DNA of 64,000 bases, taken from IMG/VR virus record IMGVR_UViG_2898799289_000011; one strand, given 5' to 3'. The notes below the pieces were generated by a model that searched no databases, had not been told where the DNA came from, and saw only the letters and a list, made by a program, of their open reading frames with translations. Both the position numbers and the translations under genes were made by a program. This document shows positions 37,603 to 47,443 of this stretch, piece by piece (position 1 is the stretch's first letter; every line of letters starts with the position of its first letter). This DNA comes from an uncultured virus (IMG/VR IMGVR_UViG_2898799289_000011) (Duplodnaviria > Heunggongvirae > Uroviricota > Caudoviricetes).

Positions 37603-40600
37603 TCACGCATATGGAATCGATCCGTCAGGGTTCGATTGTGGCAAAGTCATATCGTCACGCCTGAACATCATAGTCATCGCTGCATGTATGGGATCTCCTG
37701 TTTGGGTTGATGCGCCGTCGGCCAACATCTGTTGAAGTCGGCTTGCATCCTCCTCTGTGTCCCCCATCGGCCAGAGGGCGGAGCTGGCCAGCCGCCGTTT
37801 CCGGGTCATCAGGGAATGTAGCAGGCAGTCAAAGGAGTTGTGCTGATACCCGGGATGGATCGCCATCGGGACGTGCACGGTGACCGGACGGGTCTGACCG
37901 ATCCGATGAACCCGGTCATTGCACTGTTCCTCGACGGCCGGGTTCCACCAACGCGAGAGGTGGATTACATGCGTGGCCGCGGTTAGGGTCAGACCGGTCC
38001 CTGCCGCCTTTGGTCCAAGCACAAGCACCTCAAACCCCTCATCACGCTTGAGGTGGCGCTGGAACCGGGTGACGATCTCCTGACGCCGCGGGATCGGGGT
38101 GCTACCGTTGATGAGGTCGACGCGGGGCAGCCGGAACTCCCGCTTCACCAGCTCGATGAACCGGTGCTGCATCTTGATGTGCTCGATGAAGACGAGCGCG
38201 CGTTCCCCCCGGTCCCGGACCCCGCGGAGGATGTCGATCGAGGCCTGCAGCCGGGCGGACATCGCCACATAGGCTGCGTCCTCTGCGGCGGCTTCCGCAT
38301 TCGGGTGGACGGAGACGGACCGGATGTGGTGCAGCATCTTGAGTGCGGCCCCCCGAGTCCCGGAGGAGAGCTTGCGCCGGGCCTCCTCATAGGTGGCTGC
38401 CTGGACTTCCGGCATGAGGCGCGGGTGAATACGCCGCCCTTTGGCGGGCAGGTCCTTCGCGACCTCCTCCTTAAGTCGGCGTAGCGCCACGGGTGGCAGC
38501 CCGTCCTGCGGCTCAAACACGAGCGAGTAGAGCTCCCGCATGTTCCCCTCGGCCGCCTCCCCGAACCGGGCTCGGAAGTCCGACAGGGACCCTAGGCGGC
38601 CCGGCGTGATCTGCTCCATGATCGCCCAGAGGTCGACGGTGCTGTTCTCGATCGGCGTCCCGGTCAGCCCGATCCGGAAGTCCGCGTTCAACGCCATCGC
38701 CGCTTTGGCGCTTAGCGTGGTCGGGTTCTTTACGTTCTGGATCTCGTCGAACACAGCGGTCGAGAAGGGGATTTTCGCTAGGGAATGCTGGTAGTTCGTC
38801 AAGGTGGTGTAGGTGGTCAGAACCCAGTAGCGGTGACCCCGCCCCTCCGCGATCGCCTCATGAAGGTCCGAGAGGTCAAGGATCGCGTTCCCGCTCTCCG
38901 TCTCGACCCCCTGCGGTCCCGGCTTCTTCTTCCCGCCAAGCGCGGACCCGTAGAGCCGGATCACGTTGCCGAGCGCGGGCGCCCGGAGATGCTTGTCGAC
39001 CTCCAGCTCCCAGTTCTCAAGAAGCGAGGTGGGAGCGACGACAAGGACCGGTCCGGTCCGGCCTCCTTCAGCGCGCGTCATGTTCTCCTTCATCCAGGCG
39101 AGGAAGGCGATCGCTTGCAGGGTCTTGCCGAGCCCCTGCTCATCAGCGTTAAGGACCCCGGGCATTCCGGCAGCCCAAGCGTCCAGCTTCCAGCGGAAGC
39201 TGTCCAGTTGGTGCCCCTTCAGATCCGCCTGAACGACCTCAGGCAGGCTGTCCGGAGCGAGTCTGGTGCGCGGCTTGACACGCGCCGCCCATCTCAGCTC
39301 CGACAGGTTGTCGGCCGTGTCCACAATGATCGGACCAACCTGCTGCTCAACGGGCTCGTCTGGTCCCAGAACCGGATCGGCCTCACCGCGCCCTTTCAGC
39401 GTCTCGAGACGCTGCTCGAGCGCCACCCGAGTGGTCTGGGTGGCAGGGATCTCCGCGCCACCGACATCGACGGTTGGGGCGCCGACCGCCATAGCCCGCT
39501 CCACCTCGCCGATCAGCTGCTCAACCTGATCCGGAGGCATCGCCTCGATCCTCTGCGCCGCCGCGCCGGTGAACGCTTCCGGGAGCCAGGTGGTCCCGGA
39601 GCCGGTGATCTGGATTTCTGGCTTCGCATAGACCGTGATCCCAATCACCCGATCGGAGTATTCGGAATACTCGACCGTTTCCACGAAGGCGGGCTCGGCC
39701 GCCTTCTCGATCAGCTCCTGCTCCGCGGCTGGCGAGAGCCCCTCAAGGCGCCCTTTCGAGCGCAGGTGCTCGGTTACAGCGTCGGTGATCCTCTGGCGCG
39801 GGTTGCGCATGAAGGCGGCGCGGGTGACCGGGTCCGCCTGCTGCATCTCCGTCATCACCTTCAGGACCGGGGCCGCAGACGGATCCACCACCAGGTAGTT
39901 TTGCGCCCCGAGCTTGTAGGCGGGCCGTGCACCGCGCGAGAAGGCGAGGTTCTGGAACGTGTCCAGCCGGCCCCCGTTCAGCTCCGCCTCACGCTCGCTG
40001 ATCGGTGCCCCCTCGCTGGCCGCGGTATCGACCGCCTCCCCGGAGAACGGAATGATCGCGAACTGGTCATCCCCCTTCGGACTGATAGAGAACCGGTCCG
40101 TCAGGGTCACCTCGAGCCCGGACAGGAAGTCCGTCATCCCCAACCGGGCCTCCGCGTCCTTCCCGCTCATCCGGACACCCGGCTCCAGCGCGCGGCGGAA
40201 CCGGGCCAGCGCCTCCCAGTGCGCATCTAGATCAGACCCGGACTGGAACCGATCCGCCACCTCGAGCGCGTCCAGCATCCAGCGCGGCAGCCGGCGCAGC
40301 CCGTCCGAGCCCGTTCCGGACGTCTGGGCGATCGCCCCGGTCCGCTGCACGAGCTCGCGCCGACCGGCCCGGACCCACTCATGGGTCAGCCGGAACTCCG
40401 GCGAGCCGAGGAGGCCGGACACGTCCGTCCTAAGGGTGAGGTCGATCAGCGGCGGGAGCCCGAGCGCCTCCGCCGTTTCCGAGGAGAGTCCGCCGAGGGT
40501 GCGGTGGGTCATGCGGATCCGGCTTCCGCCGATCTCCACCTCGTCCCCCGCCTCCTCGGCGGTCGACCTCAGGTCCGCGAGGGCGAAGCTGAGGTGCTGA

Positions 40601-40710
40601 TCATGGTCGATGATCTGGTCCGACGGGCGCGACAACAGTCGGTTGAGCAGGGTCTGCCTGGACCGGAAATCCAGGGTCACCCCATCCGTGTCGTAGGAGA
40701 GCTGGATCAT
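37603..40710 (-). CDS. zorD: SNF2-family helicase, ZorD-like
   Basis: ADEQGLGKT, FDEIQ, TGTPIEN, WWNPAVEEQCNDRVHRIGQ; fourth gene of the operon. Confidence 0.8.
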   Translation of the reverse strand: MIQLSYDTDGVTLDFRSRQTLLNRLLSRPSDQIIDHDQHLSFALADLRSTAEEAGDEVEIGGSRIRMTHRTLGGLSSETAEALGLPPLIDLTLRTDVSGLLGSPEFRLTHEWVRAGRRELVQRTGAIAQTSGTGSDGLRRLPRWMLDALEVADRFQSGSDLDAHWEALARFRRALEPGVRMSGKDAEARLGMTDFLSGLEVTLTDRFSISPKGDDQFAIIPFSGEAVDTAASEGAPISEREAELNGGRLDTFQNLAFSRGARPAYKLGAQNYLVVDPSAAPVLKVMTEMQQADPVTRAAFMRNPRQRITDAVTEHLRSKGRLEGLSPAAEQELIEKAAEPAFVETVEYSEYSDRVIGITVYAKPEIQITGSGTTWLPEAFTGAAAQRIEAMPPDQVEQLIGEVERAMAVGAPTVDVGGAEIPATQTTRVALEQRLETLKGRGEADPVLGPDEPVEQQVGPIIVDTADNLSELRWAARVKPRTRLAPDSLPEVVQADLKGHQLDSFRWKLDAWAAGMPGVLNADEQGLGKTLQAIAFLAWMKENMTRAEGGRTGPVLVVAPTSLLENWELEVDKHLRAPALGNVIRLYGSALGGKKKPGPQGVETESGNAILDLSDLHEAIAEGRGHRYWVLTTYTTLTNYQHSLAKIPFSTAVFDEIQNVKNPTTLSAKAAMALNADFRIGLTGTPIENSTVDLWAIMEQITPGRLGSLSDFRARFGEAAEGNMRELYSLVFEPQDGLPPVALRRLKEEVAKDLPAKGRRIHPRLMPEVQAATYEEARRKLSSGTRGAALKMLHHIRSVSVHPNAEAAAEDAAYVAMSARLQASIDILRGVRDRGERALVFIEHIKMQHRFIELVKREFRLPRVDLINGSTPIPRRQEIVTRFQRHLKRDEGFEVLVLGPKAAGTGLTLTAATHVIHLSRWWNPAVEEQCNDRVHRIGQTRPVTVHVPMAIHPGYQHNSFDCLLHSLMTRKRRLASSALWPMGDTEEDASRLQQMLADGASTQTGDPIHAAMTMMFRRDDMTLPQSNPDGSIPYA

Positions 40711-42839
40711 CTTCGCCCCCGTGCGGCGTCCCGCCGCATCAGCTCATAGAGCTGCTGAAGGTGGTGGATCTCCGCCGGGCGGAGATCCGGGTTCCTTGAT
40801 TTGAGCTTCGCCAAGGCTGTCCCGAGGGTCCGATCCCCGGAGAAGACGTTGCGTTCGCGTGCGAACGCCTCCATCACCTCGGCGTGCCGGAAGAGGAGCT
40901 CAAGCCGCTGCACGGACGTGTCCGGGAGCGGGGGAAGCGGGGCCGGGTCCATCACCTTCGGTACCGGCGTCTCCGCGGAACGGGCCATGATTCCGGCTGG
41001 ACCGTGCCCGAACGTCTCCATCGAGGACAGGAGGTGGGTGAGTGCATTTCGCAGGTTGTCCGGCGCAGGCCCATTCGAGCGGATGATCCACTCTAGACCG
41101 GCGCGCGCGTTCGGGGAGAGAAGGGTCTTCGTCTTCCCGTCACCCAGCCGATCAAAATAATCGATGATCGCCCGTGCGGCGGGGGCGCCGGACTGCAACA
41201 GCAGGTCAAGCGTCGTCCGGGCCCGATTGGGAGGGGCGGCCGTTCCTGCGGCTGGAGACCGGGGGGGAGGGGTGATGATGACGCGGGGTGGGACCGTAGC
41301 CGGTCCGGCGGGACGCGGGGCCGGACCGGCAGGCGCGCGAGCCTCCAGATCAAATTGGGGCTGGACGGGCGGGTCCCGTCTCGGCGGGGTTGCGGCATAT
41401 GCACGTTGCGGGGGAGAATAGCGCGGCTGAGAAGATCTGGGCCGATACACTTTCGTGTAAGCGGAGGTCTGACGGGAATACTCCACGTCGGCGTTGATCA
41501 TATCCCTCACCCAGCGCTTCCAGGTCTCAATGGACCCGTTTGTCGGGCTGCCATGCGCCCGGGACGCGGAGTCCCGACGGTTGTCCGAGGCGCGCATGAT
41601 CTCCTCGCAGTCGTAACCCTCTTGGAACATCTTTGGTGCCATCGGGTCATCCTTGTGAAACACATGTGTCCGGTAACTGTGACACCCGTCTACCATGATC
41701 TTATCCCCGATCCGCATGATGAGCAGGGAGGTGTTTGAGGAGGGGCGGGCCGCCTGAAAACCGAACCGGCTGTCGGCGTTGCGGGCGTCCTCCCGCATCA
41801 GGTTCTGGCGCGCATAAGTGAACGCCTGCGATGAGAATGCGACCCAGGCCGCATCAATCTTCCCCTCATCGAAGAGCTGAAGCCAGAAGTTGCGCCGGGG
41901 CGGCCACATCGCGTTCTTCTGCGCCGCGTCCACCACACCAGTGAAGAATCGCATGTCCTCGCGGGTGAGCCAGCGGTGGATGACTTCCATGTGTGCCCGG
42001 CCGATCCCGGCCCAGACCCCGCCGGACCGGATACGGGGGTCCCCGTACATCTCGATCAGCGCCTCGACGAGATGGGACCGGAGCTGATCGGACGGGGCCT
42101 TGTTGATCCACGGGCTAGTCAGCGCCTCGATTGCCTGCTCCGCTCCGATCGTGCGGGCGTCACGACCCGGGGGGCGGATCCAATCGATGTACCAGTCGAT
42201 CCGGGCCCGCCCGGTGAGCTCGGGCGCGACCAGCGCGGAGAGGACCTCATGCGCCCGCTCCATGAGACCGGGCCCGTGCGGGTTCCGCAAGCCGGTCCGG
42301 CTCAGTTCAAGGAACGGGTCCGTCATCCGGACCATCCGAGACGCGAGTCGGCGCGGTCCGTCTGCCGCGTCCAGAAGCTCCGGCACCCCCTCCAGGAGGC
42401 CTCGCACGGACAGGCTCATCCTACCCCGTGCGGCATCAAGCGCAGAGGCGATAGACCGGGTGTGCACCCCGTTCGCCACATAGCTCTCGAGATAGACCGC
42501 GAACAGCCCGGACAGAAACGTCTCCGATTGGGAGGCGCGCAGCTCCTCAATAAGGAAGTTGCGGGCCTGCGTAAGGTCCGCCCTGTCGCGCCGTTCCGGG
42601 TCGAAAACCGCCGAGGCGGCCGCGAGGACGAAGGAAATCCGGGCGTTCTCCCAGTCGTCATTGGCGACCCGGTCACGAAGACGAACGGCGAGCGCCTCAC
42701 GTTCGCGGGGGTTCACGTTTACGGCGACGTCCGGCCAGCGTTCGTGAACCTTCTGGACCGCCGTCTCGATGTAGCGCAGCTCCGGAACCGCTGGCGGGTT
42801 GAACCGGGTCAGCCGGGTGATCGCGTCATCGAGCCTCAT
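40707..42839 (-). CDS. zorC: EH-signature protein, ZorC-like, with extra C-terminal region
   Basis: GDPR..W, WLTREDMRFF, RRNFWL; position after the MotB-like gene. Confidence 0.75.
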   Translation of the reverse strand: MRLDDAITRLTRFNPPAVPELRYIETAVQKVHERWPDVAVNVNPREREALAVRLRDRVANDDWENARISFVLAAASAVFDPERRDRADLTQARNFLIEELRASQSETFLSGLFAVYLESYVANGVHTRSIASALDAARGRMSLSVRGLLEGVPELLDAADGPRRLASRMVRMTDPFLELSRTGLRNPHGPGLMERAHEVLSALVAPELTGRARIDWYIDWIRPPGRDARTIGAEQAIEALTSPWINKAPSDQLRSHLVEALIEMYGDPRIRSGGVWAGIGRAHMEVIHRWLTREDMRFFTGVVDAAQKNAMWPPRRNFWLQLFDEGKIDAAWVAFSSQAFTYARQNLMREDARNADSRFGFQAARPSSNTSLLIMRIGDKIMVDGCHSYRTHVFHKDDPMAPKMFQEGYDCEEIMRASDNRRDSASRAHGSPTNGSIETWKRWVRDMINADVEYSRQTSAYTKVYRPRSSQPRYSPPQRAYAATPPRRDPPVQPQFDLEARAPAGPAPRPAGPATVPPRVIITPPPRSPAAGTAAPPNRARTTLDLLLQSGAPAARAIIDYFDRLGDGKTKTLLSPNARAGLEWIIRSNGPAPDNLRNALTHLLSSMETFGHGPAGIMARSAETPVPKVMDPAPLPPLPDTSVQRLELLFRHAEVMEAFARERNVFSGDRTLGTALAKLKSRNPDLRPAEIHHLQQLYELMRRDAARGRR

Positions 42840-43918
42840 TCAGACCCCCCGGCCGCCCGGAGAGCGTCAAGGCGGCGGCCGATCTCCTCGACCTCCTCAA
42901 CGGTGCTCGGGGCGTACATGATGATCCTCAGGTCGATCCGCCGGTTCGCGGCCTTCCCCTCTGTGGTCGCGTTGGTCTCGATCGGCCGCATCTCCCCGTA
43001 ACCGGACACGGACATGACCGGCTGACCCCGAAGGTTCTCATGGGCCAAGATCGTCCGGTCCTCGTCCAGCATGACCAGCAGGGTCGCGTTTGCCCGATCT
43101 GTTGACAGGCGGAGGTTGTTGAGGTCGGACCCGTCCGTATCCGTGTGCCCCTCTATCTGGACCGCCTCGATCAGCGCGTTTCCGCTGTCACACCCCTCGC
43201 CGCGGCTCGCCCGGTCCCCGAGTGTGAAACAGACTAGGATCTCATCCAGCAGGCGCCCCATCGTGTTGACGATCTGCCGCTGCCGCTGCTCAAGCTGGCT
43301 GGACCCGCTCCGGAACAGGCCCTCCCCCTGGAAGCGGAGCGCGTCCTGTTCCGGGCTGATGACCACCTGAAGGTCAGGAAACTCGATCAGGAGCCGCTCG
43401 CGTAGCTCGATCAGGATCTCCCGGCGCTGCTCGATCGCCTGGGCCAGATAGGCCTCCAGAGGGTTGACCTGCTGCAACCGGGCCAGCCGCTCGAGAAGCT
43501 CGTCCCGTTCCAGCGTTACGTCGTCGAGCTCGCGCTGAAGCCGATCCACCAGCGCCTCAAGCTCCCGGATCCGCTCGAGAAGATCGGCGTTTTCCGACCG
43601 GAGCCTGTCCCGCTCCTCGATCGCCGCATTGCGCTCGGAGATCGCGGCGTCGCGCGCCTCGCGTGCCGCGTCCCGCTCCGTGATGGCGGCGTCCCGTTCC
43701 GCCTCAAGCCGCCGGATATCCGCCCGCGCCTCCCGGAGATTATTGAGGATCACGTTGAACTGATCCCGCGGGACCGTGTCCTGGCTGCTGAGCTGGGTGG
43801 CGAAGAAGGCGAGCAGGATCATCACGATCAGGAGGAAGCTGATCGTCATGTCAGTCATCGTGACGAAGACGGACTCTTCCTCCTCCTCTTGGGTCCGCCG
43901 CCGAACGAGCCCCCGCAT
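42836..43918 (-). CDS. zorB: MotB/OmpA-family protein, ZorB-like
   Basis: TM with conserved Asp (MTDMTISFLL); IEGHTD, NLRLSTDRA, GYGEMRP, NRRIDL. Confidence 0.88.
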   Translation of the reverse strand: MRGLVRRRTQEEEEESVFVTMTDMTISFLLIVMILLAFFATQLSSQDTVPRDQFNVILNNLREARADIRRLEAERDAAITERDAAREARDAAISERNAAIEERDRLRSENADLLERIRELEALVDRLQRELDDVTLERDELLERLARLQQVNPLEAYLAQAIEQRREILIELRERLLIEFPDLQVVISPEQDALRFQGEGLFRSGSSQLEQRQRQIVNTMGRLLDEILVCFTLGDRASRGEGCDSGNALIEAVQIEGHTDTDGSDLNNLRLSTDRANATLLVMLDEDRTILAHENLRGQPVMSVSGYGEMRPIETNATTEGKAANRRIDLRIIMYAPSTVEEVEEIGRRLDALRAAGGSE

Positions 43919-43920
43919 GA

Positions 43921-45969
43921 TCAGCGCCTCGACTCAGGAAGGAACTTCTCGGCCCGGTCCACGATCTCGTGCATCTTGTCGATCGCCGGGGCGAGTTCCC
44001 CGTTCATGGTGCGAACGTGCCCGAACAGGGTGTCCACGGCGGTCCGGACGTGCTTAGTGAACTCCTCAAAGGCGGACCCGAGTTTTTCGTCCATGTCGTC
44101 GATCTGCTCGCGCTGGCGCTCGATCTGGGTCAGCGCTTCCCCCAGCTTCGCAAGGGTCGCCTCGAGGAGCTTCTGCTCCGCGCCAAGGGCCGACTTCGCC
44201 GCGTCGAGGATCCGCACGGCCCCCTCAGCTGTCTCCCGGGCGCTCCGGGTGACCGTGTCCGCGGCCCGCTCCGTGCTTTTCGAGAGGCCAGCCACTGCCG
44301 TCTCGATCTGTTCCACGCTGCCCCGGATAGGTCCGGCCGCGGCCGCAAGCTCACGCGAAGCGGCTGTGACGGTCTGGGCCGCGTCACGGGTCGCCTCCCC
44401 TCCGGCCCGGATGTTCCCGGCCGCGGTCGCGATCTGCCCGGAGCCGTCCTTCAGGCGGGTCGCCATCTGGTCCAGCTGCTCCACAACCTCGCTGATCGGG
44501 TCGACCAGGTCTTGACGCAGCTTGTCCCCGAAGGACCCGGTGGCGCTCAGGAGGTCCGCCCCGCTACGAGAGACCGCCTCGACCAGCTCCTTACCAGCCA
44601 GGCTCACGGCGCCGCTGACCTCCACCCCGGCCGTCTCCATCCTGGACCGGACCGCAGCGGAGCCGGATTCGGCCGCCGCCTCAAGCCGCTCCTTGAAGCT
44701 GTCCGCGGACGTCCGCATCGCGTCGGCCGCCTCCCGAAGCGCGTCCGCCCCCTCGGACGTGTTGCGCCGGATCCCCTCGAGCGTCTCGTTCATGATGCCG
44801 AGGAGCCTCTCGGCGCCCGCGTTCAGCGTCCCGTCCGTCGTTTCCGCGGCGGAGGCGAGGCGAGCCGTCAGGTCCTCTGCGGCCCGGGCGAGCCGGGCGA
44901 CGGAATTCTCCATCTCCTCGCCCATTCGGCCGGAGCTCTGGTCCATCCGGTCCGAGAGGCGGGCGATCTTCTCGCCGGCCGCTGAGAGCTGGGTGCTCGC
45001 CTCGGAGAGCGCCCGTCCGACGTCGTCGGAGAACCGGGATGACAGGTCGTTCACCATTTGCCCGACTCCGTCGGCGCCAGCCTTCCCGACCCGATCGAGA
45101 AGCGGTGCCATCGCGGCCCCGATCGAGGAGGCGATAGATTCTGGGATCTCCTTGCGCAGCGGCTCGCCGAGCTTCTCGACCAGCTCAAGCCCGATCCGCT
45201 TGAAATTGTCCTCCTGACCGCGGGCGATCGCCAGCTGTTTGAGGGCGACGCCCTCGAGGCTGACGAAGCTGAGGCGCTCCTCGAGGCGCGCACACAGCAG
45301 ATGGATTGATCGTTCGATCCGGCCCATGGAGACCCGGAGTGTGATCGTGAACAGGATGGACGCCAAGAGGCCGGTCAAGGACATGATGAACTTGGCGGAC
45401 GCCGCCCCGAGCAGGTCGTTCAGCGCGCCCCTCATCTCTTCCGGCGTCGCCTCAATGCTGAGACCGCTCCCGATCGCCTGCAACGCAGAAATGAGCCCGA
45501 GGAAGGTGAGCAGGAGGCCGACGGACACGAAAAGGCCCGGCAGGTGGCGATGAAACCCCGGACCATAATGGAGGTCTTCCAGATTGAAGAAGCCGGAAGG
45601 ACGAACGCTATTGCGCAGGACTGGCGGGGTGACTGTTTCGTCAAGAACTAGCGTCTCACGGAACTCCGACCAGGCAGCGGTGATGTGGACATACCCTTTC
45701 AATGTGCGACGAGTCTTTACCTCGGAATCGATACGCGGGGACTGGGCGGTGAAGTCCTCTTCGTTCGCTGTTTTCTTGATAAGCTCGTCTAGCCAGCGCA
45801 GGGTGGTGAGCTTCCGGCGGGTCGTTAGGACCACCATGGCCAAAGACAGGACCAGCCAGCAAAGGATCAGAATGGAGATCCAGCCGGGCATTTGCTCCTG
45901 GGTTAGGAACGAGGAGACCCAGAAAATGAACTGGGACATGCTCGTCCCGATACCGCCGATAAACTCCAA
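43921..45969 (-). CDS. zorA: MotA-like membrane protein with long helical tail, ZorA-like
   Basis: Three TMs incl. PGLFVSVGLLLTFLGL and AKFIMSLTGL; long Ala-rich coiled-coil tail. Confidence 0.85.
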   Translation of the reverse strand: MEFIGGIGTSMSQFIFWVSSFLTQEQMPGWISILILCWLVLSLAMVVLTTRRKLTTLRWLDELIKKTANEEDFTAQSPRIDSEVKTRRTLKGYVHITAAWSEFRETLVLDETVTPPVLRNSVRPSGFFNLEDLHYGPGFHRHLPGLFVSVGLLLTFLGLISALQAIGSGLSIEATPEEMRGALNDLLGAASAKFIMSLTGLLASILFTITLRVSMGRIERSIHLLCARLEERLSFVSLEGVALKQLAIARGQEDNFKRIGLELVEKLGEPLRKEIPESIASSIGAAMAPLLDRVGKAGADGVGQMVNDLSSRFSDDVGRALSEASTQLSAAGEKIARLSDRMDQSSGRMGEEMENSVARLARAAEDLTARLASAAETTDGTLNAGAERLLGIMNETLEGIRRNTSEGADALREAADAMRTSADSFKERLEAAAESGSAAVRSRMETAGVEVSGAVSLAGKELVEAVSRSGADLLSATGSFGDKLRQDLVDPISEVVEQLDQMATRLKDGSGQIATAAGNIRAGGEATRDAAQTVTAASRELAAAAGPIRGSVEQIETAVAGLSKSTERAADTVTRSARETAEGAVRILDAAKSALGAEQKLLEATLAKLGEALTQIERQREQIDDMDEKLGSAFEEFTKHVRTAVDTLFGHVRTMNGELAPAIDKMHEIVDRAEKFLPESRR

Positions 45970-46461
45970 CTTGTTCTTCCCTTCCGCTCACGTCCCGAAT
46001 TCGGTTGTTCTCGTACAATTCATGAGAACCTTAACTCCAGCTACGGCTAACCATTGATAATCCACATCTATCTGCCCGAAAAGCGCACCAGTGTTCTCAG
46101 GGTTCGGCGTCTGCCTTTTTCCGGATCTTTTGGCTCTCCGGGTCGTATTCCAGCTCGTGCAAGTTCCCGTCCCGGATCGCCTGTACTGCCCGGCTCACGT
46201 GCTCGGGCAGCACGTAGAACCACTCCCGCGGGTATTGTCTGTCGCGAGCGCGAAGTCGAAGGGGAACTCGATCGGTTCATAAGGCTTGGCCGCGAGGGCT
46301 GCGAGCGCGTCGTAGATTTCAGCCGGGTTCACGCACTCACCTCACGCAAAGCCTGAAGGAGTCGCCCACCAGTGCCGTATCGGACTCGGTTGAACGGACG
46401 CGTCGGTTCCTATACGCGCGGACCCAGTCACTGGCTCGCGTGATGATGTCAGCAAGGGAGA

Positions 46462-47325
46462 TCATCGCTGGTATCCTATGATGCTGTTCCGGTTCAAAAG
46501 CACGATCAGTTGGTCCTGGGGCTTCCTGGCAGCAGGATCGGTATCGAGCCCCAGCCGCCGGAGCGCGTAGTAAAGCAATGCCCGTCGAACCCTGATCTCT
46601 GCCTTGCCACCGGTCATTCCGTAGTCGAGCGCGATCACCTTGGCTTGCGTATCGGACAGGGCAGGGTGGGGGCCGATTTCCAGCGTTGCGAAGGTGTGCC
46701 AGTCCTGATCGCTCTCGGCCAGAACGTCGGACGCGCGCGATGCGCGGATGTCGAGGATCCGGGACAGCAGAAAATCCTTGAACATCTCGTCGGTCACGCA
46801 GAACGCACGGGCGTGCCAGCGGAAGCCGTCGAAGGCGATGGCATGTGGCGCGATCCAGCGCCACCGGGGCTCCGGATTGGACAGGGACTGGTACTGCACC
46901 TCGATCGCCTCGGACCGGCGGATCGCGTCGACCACGGACCGAAGGGTTGCAGGATCGACGCCACGCGCCGGGGTGGGGGCGGAATCGTAGGCGGGCAGAC
47001 CTGCGATCCAGCAATCATCCTGATCGAGGATGCCGTCGGCGACCGATCGCAGCTGGGCCAGGTATCGACCAGCATCGAGCTTGTCGAACACCGGTTTGAA
47101 GCCTGGCTGGCGCACATAGGTCCGCAGGCTGCGGTCATAGTCCATGTTGTTGGGGGCGAGGCCGATGTAGCGGCTCAGATCGGAGGATGCCTGGTTCACC
47201 GACAGCCCGAACTGCGTCATCACATCGCTGCGGTTCACATGCCCCTCCCAGAACAGGCGGAACTCGATGAACTCGAGCCTTTGCTCGACCCCCCAACGAA
47301 GCTCCGACCTGTCGTTGCTCACCAC
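46462..47325 (-). CDS. WYL-domain transcriptional regulator (CapW/BrxR-like)
   Basis: RLEFIEFRLFWEG wHTH; YQSLS, RWHARAFC, FKDFLLSRI. Confidence 0.88.
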   Translation of the reverse strand: MVSNDRSELRWGVEQRLEFIEFRLFWEGHVNRSDVMTQFGLSVNQASSDLSRYIGLAPNNMDYDRSLRTYVRQPGFKPVFDKLDAGRYLAQLRSVADGILDQDDCWIAGLPAYDSAPTPARGVDPATLRSVVDAIRRSEAIEVQYQSLSNPEPRWRWIAPHAIAFDGFRWHARAFCVTDEMFKDFLLSRILDIRASRASDVLAESDQDWHTFATLEIGPHPALSDTQAKVIALDYGMTGGKAEIRVRRALLYYALRRLGLDTDPAARKPQDQLIVLLNRNSIIGYQR

Positions 47326-47443
47326 GCTCTCCCGTCATCGGTCGATGCGCATGGAAATTATGCGCGCCCAATTTCTGGGCTTTCTTCGACCGTAGCCGCG
47401 CGATGCTTGGGGATCAATCGAAAAGGGAAGGGATTGCGCGCAA

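Noticed and set aside
42836..45969. Flagellar motAB or chemotaxis genes
   Set aside because: The long ZorA-type tail and linkage to EH-signature and SNF2 genes fit Zorya better
46337..46465. 42-aa minus-strand ORF overlapping the WYL stop
   Set aside because: Short and without motifs; not enough support
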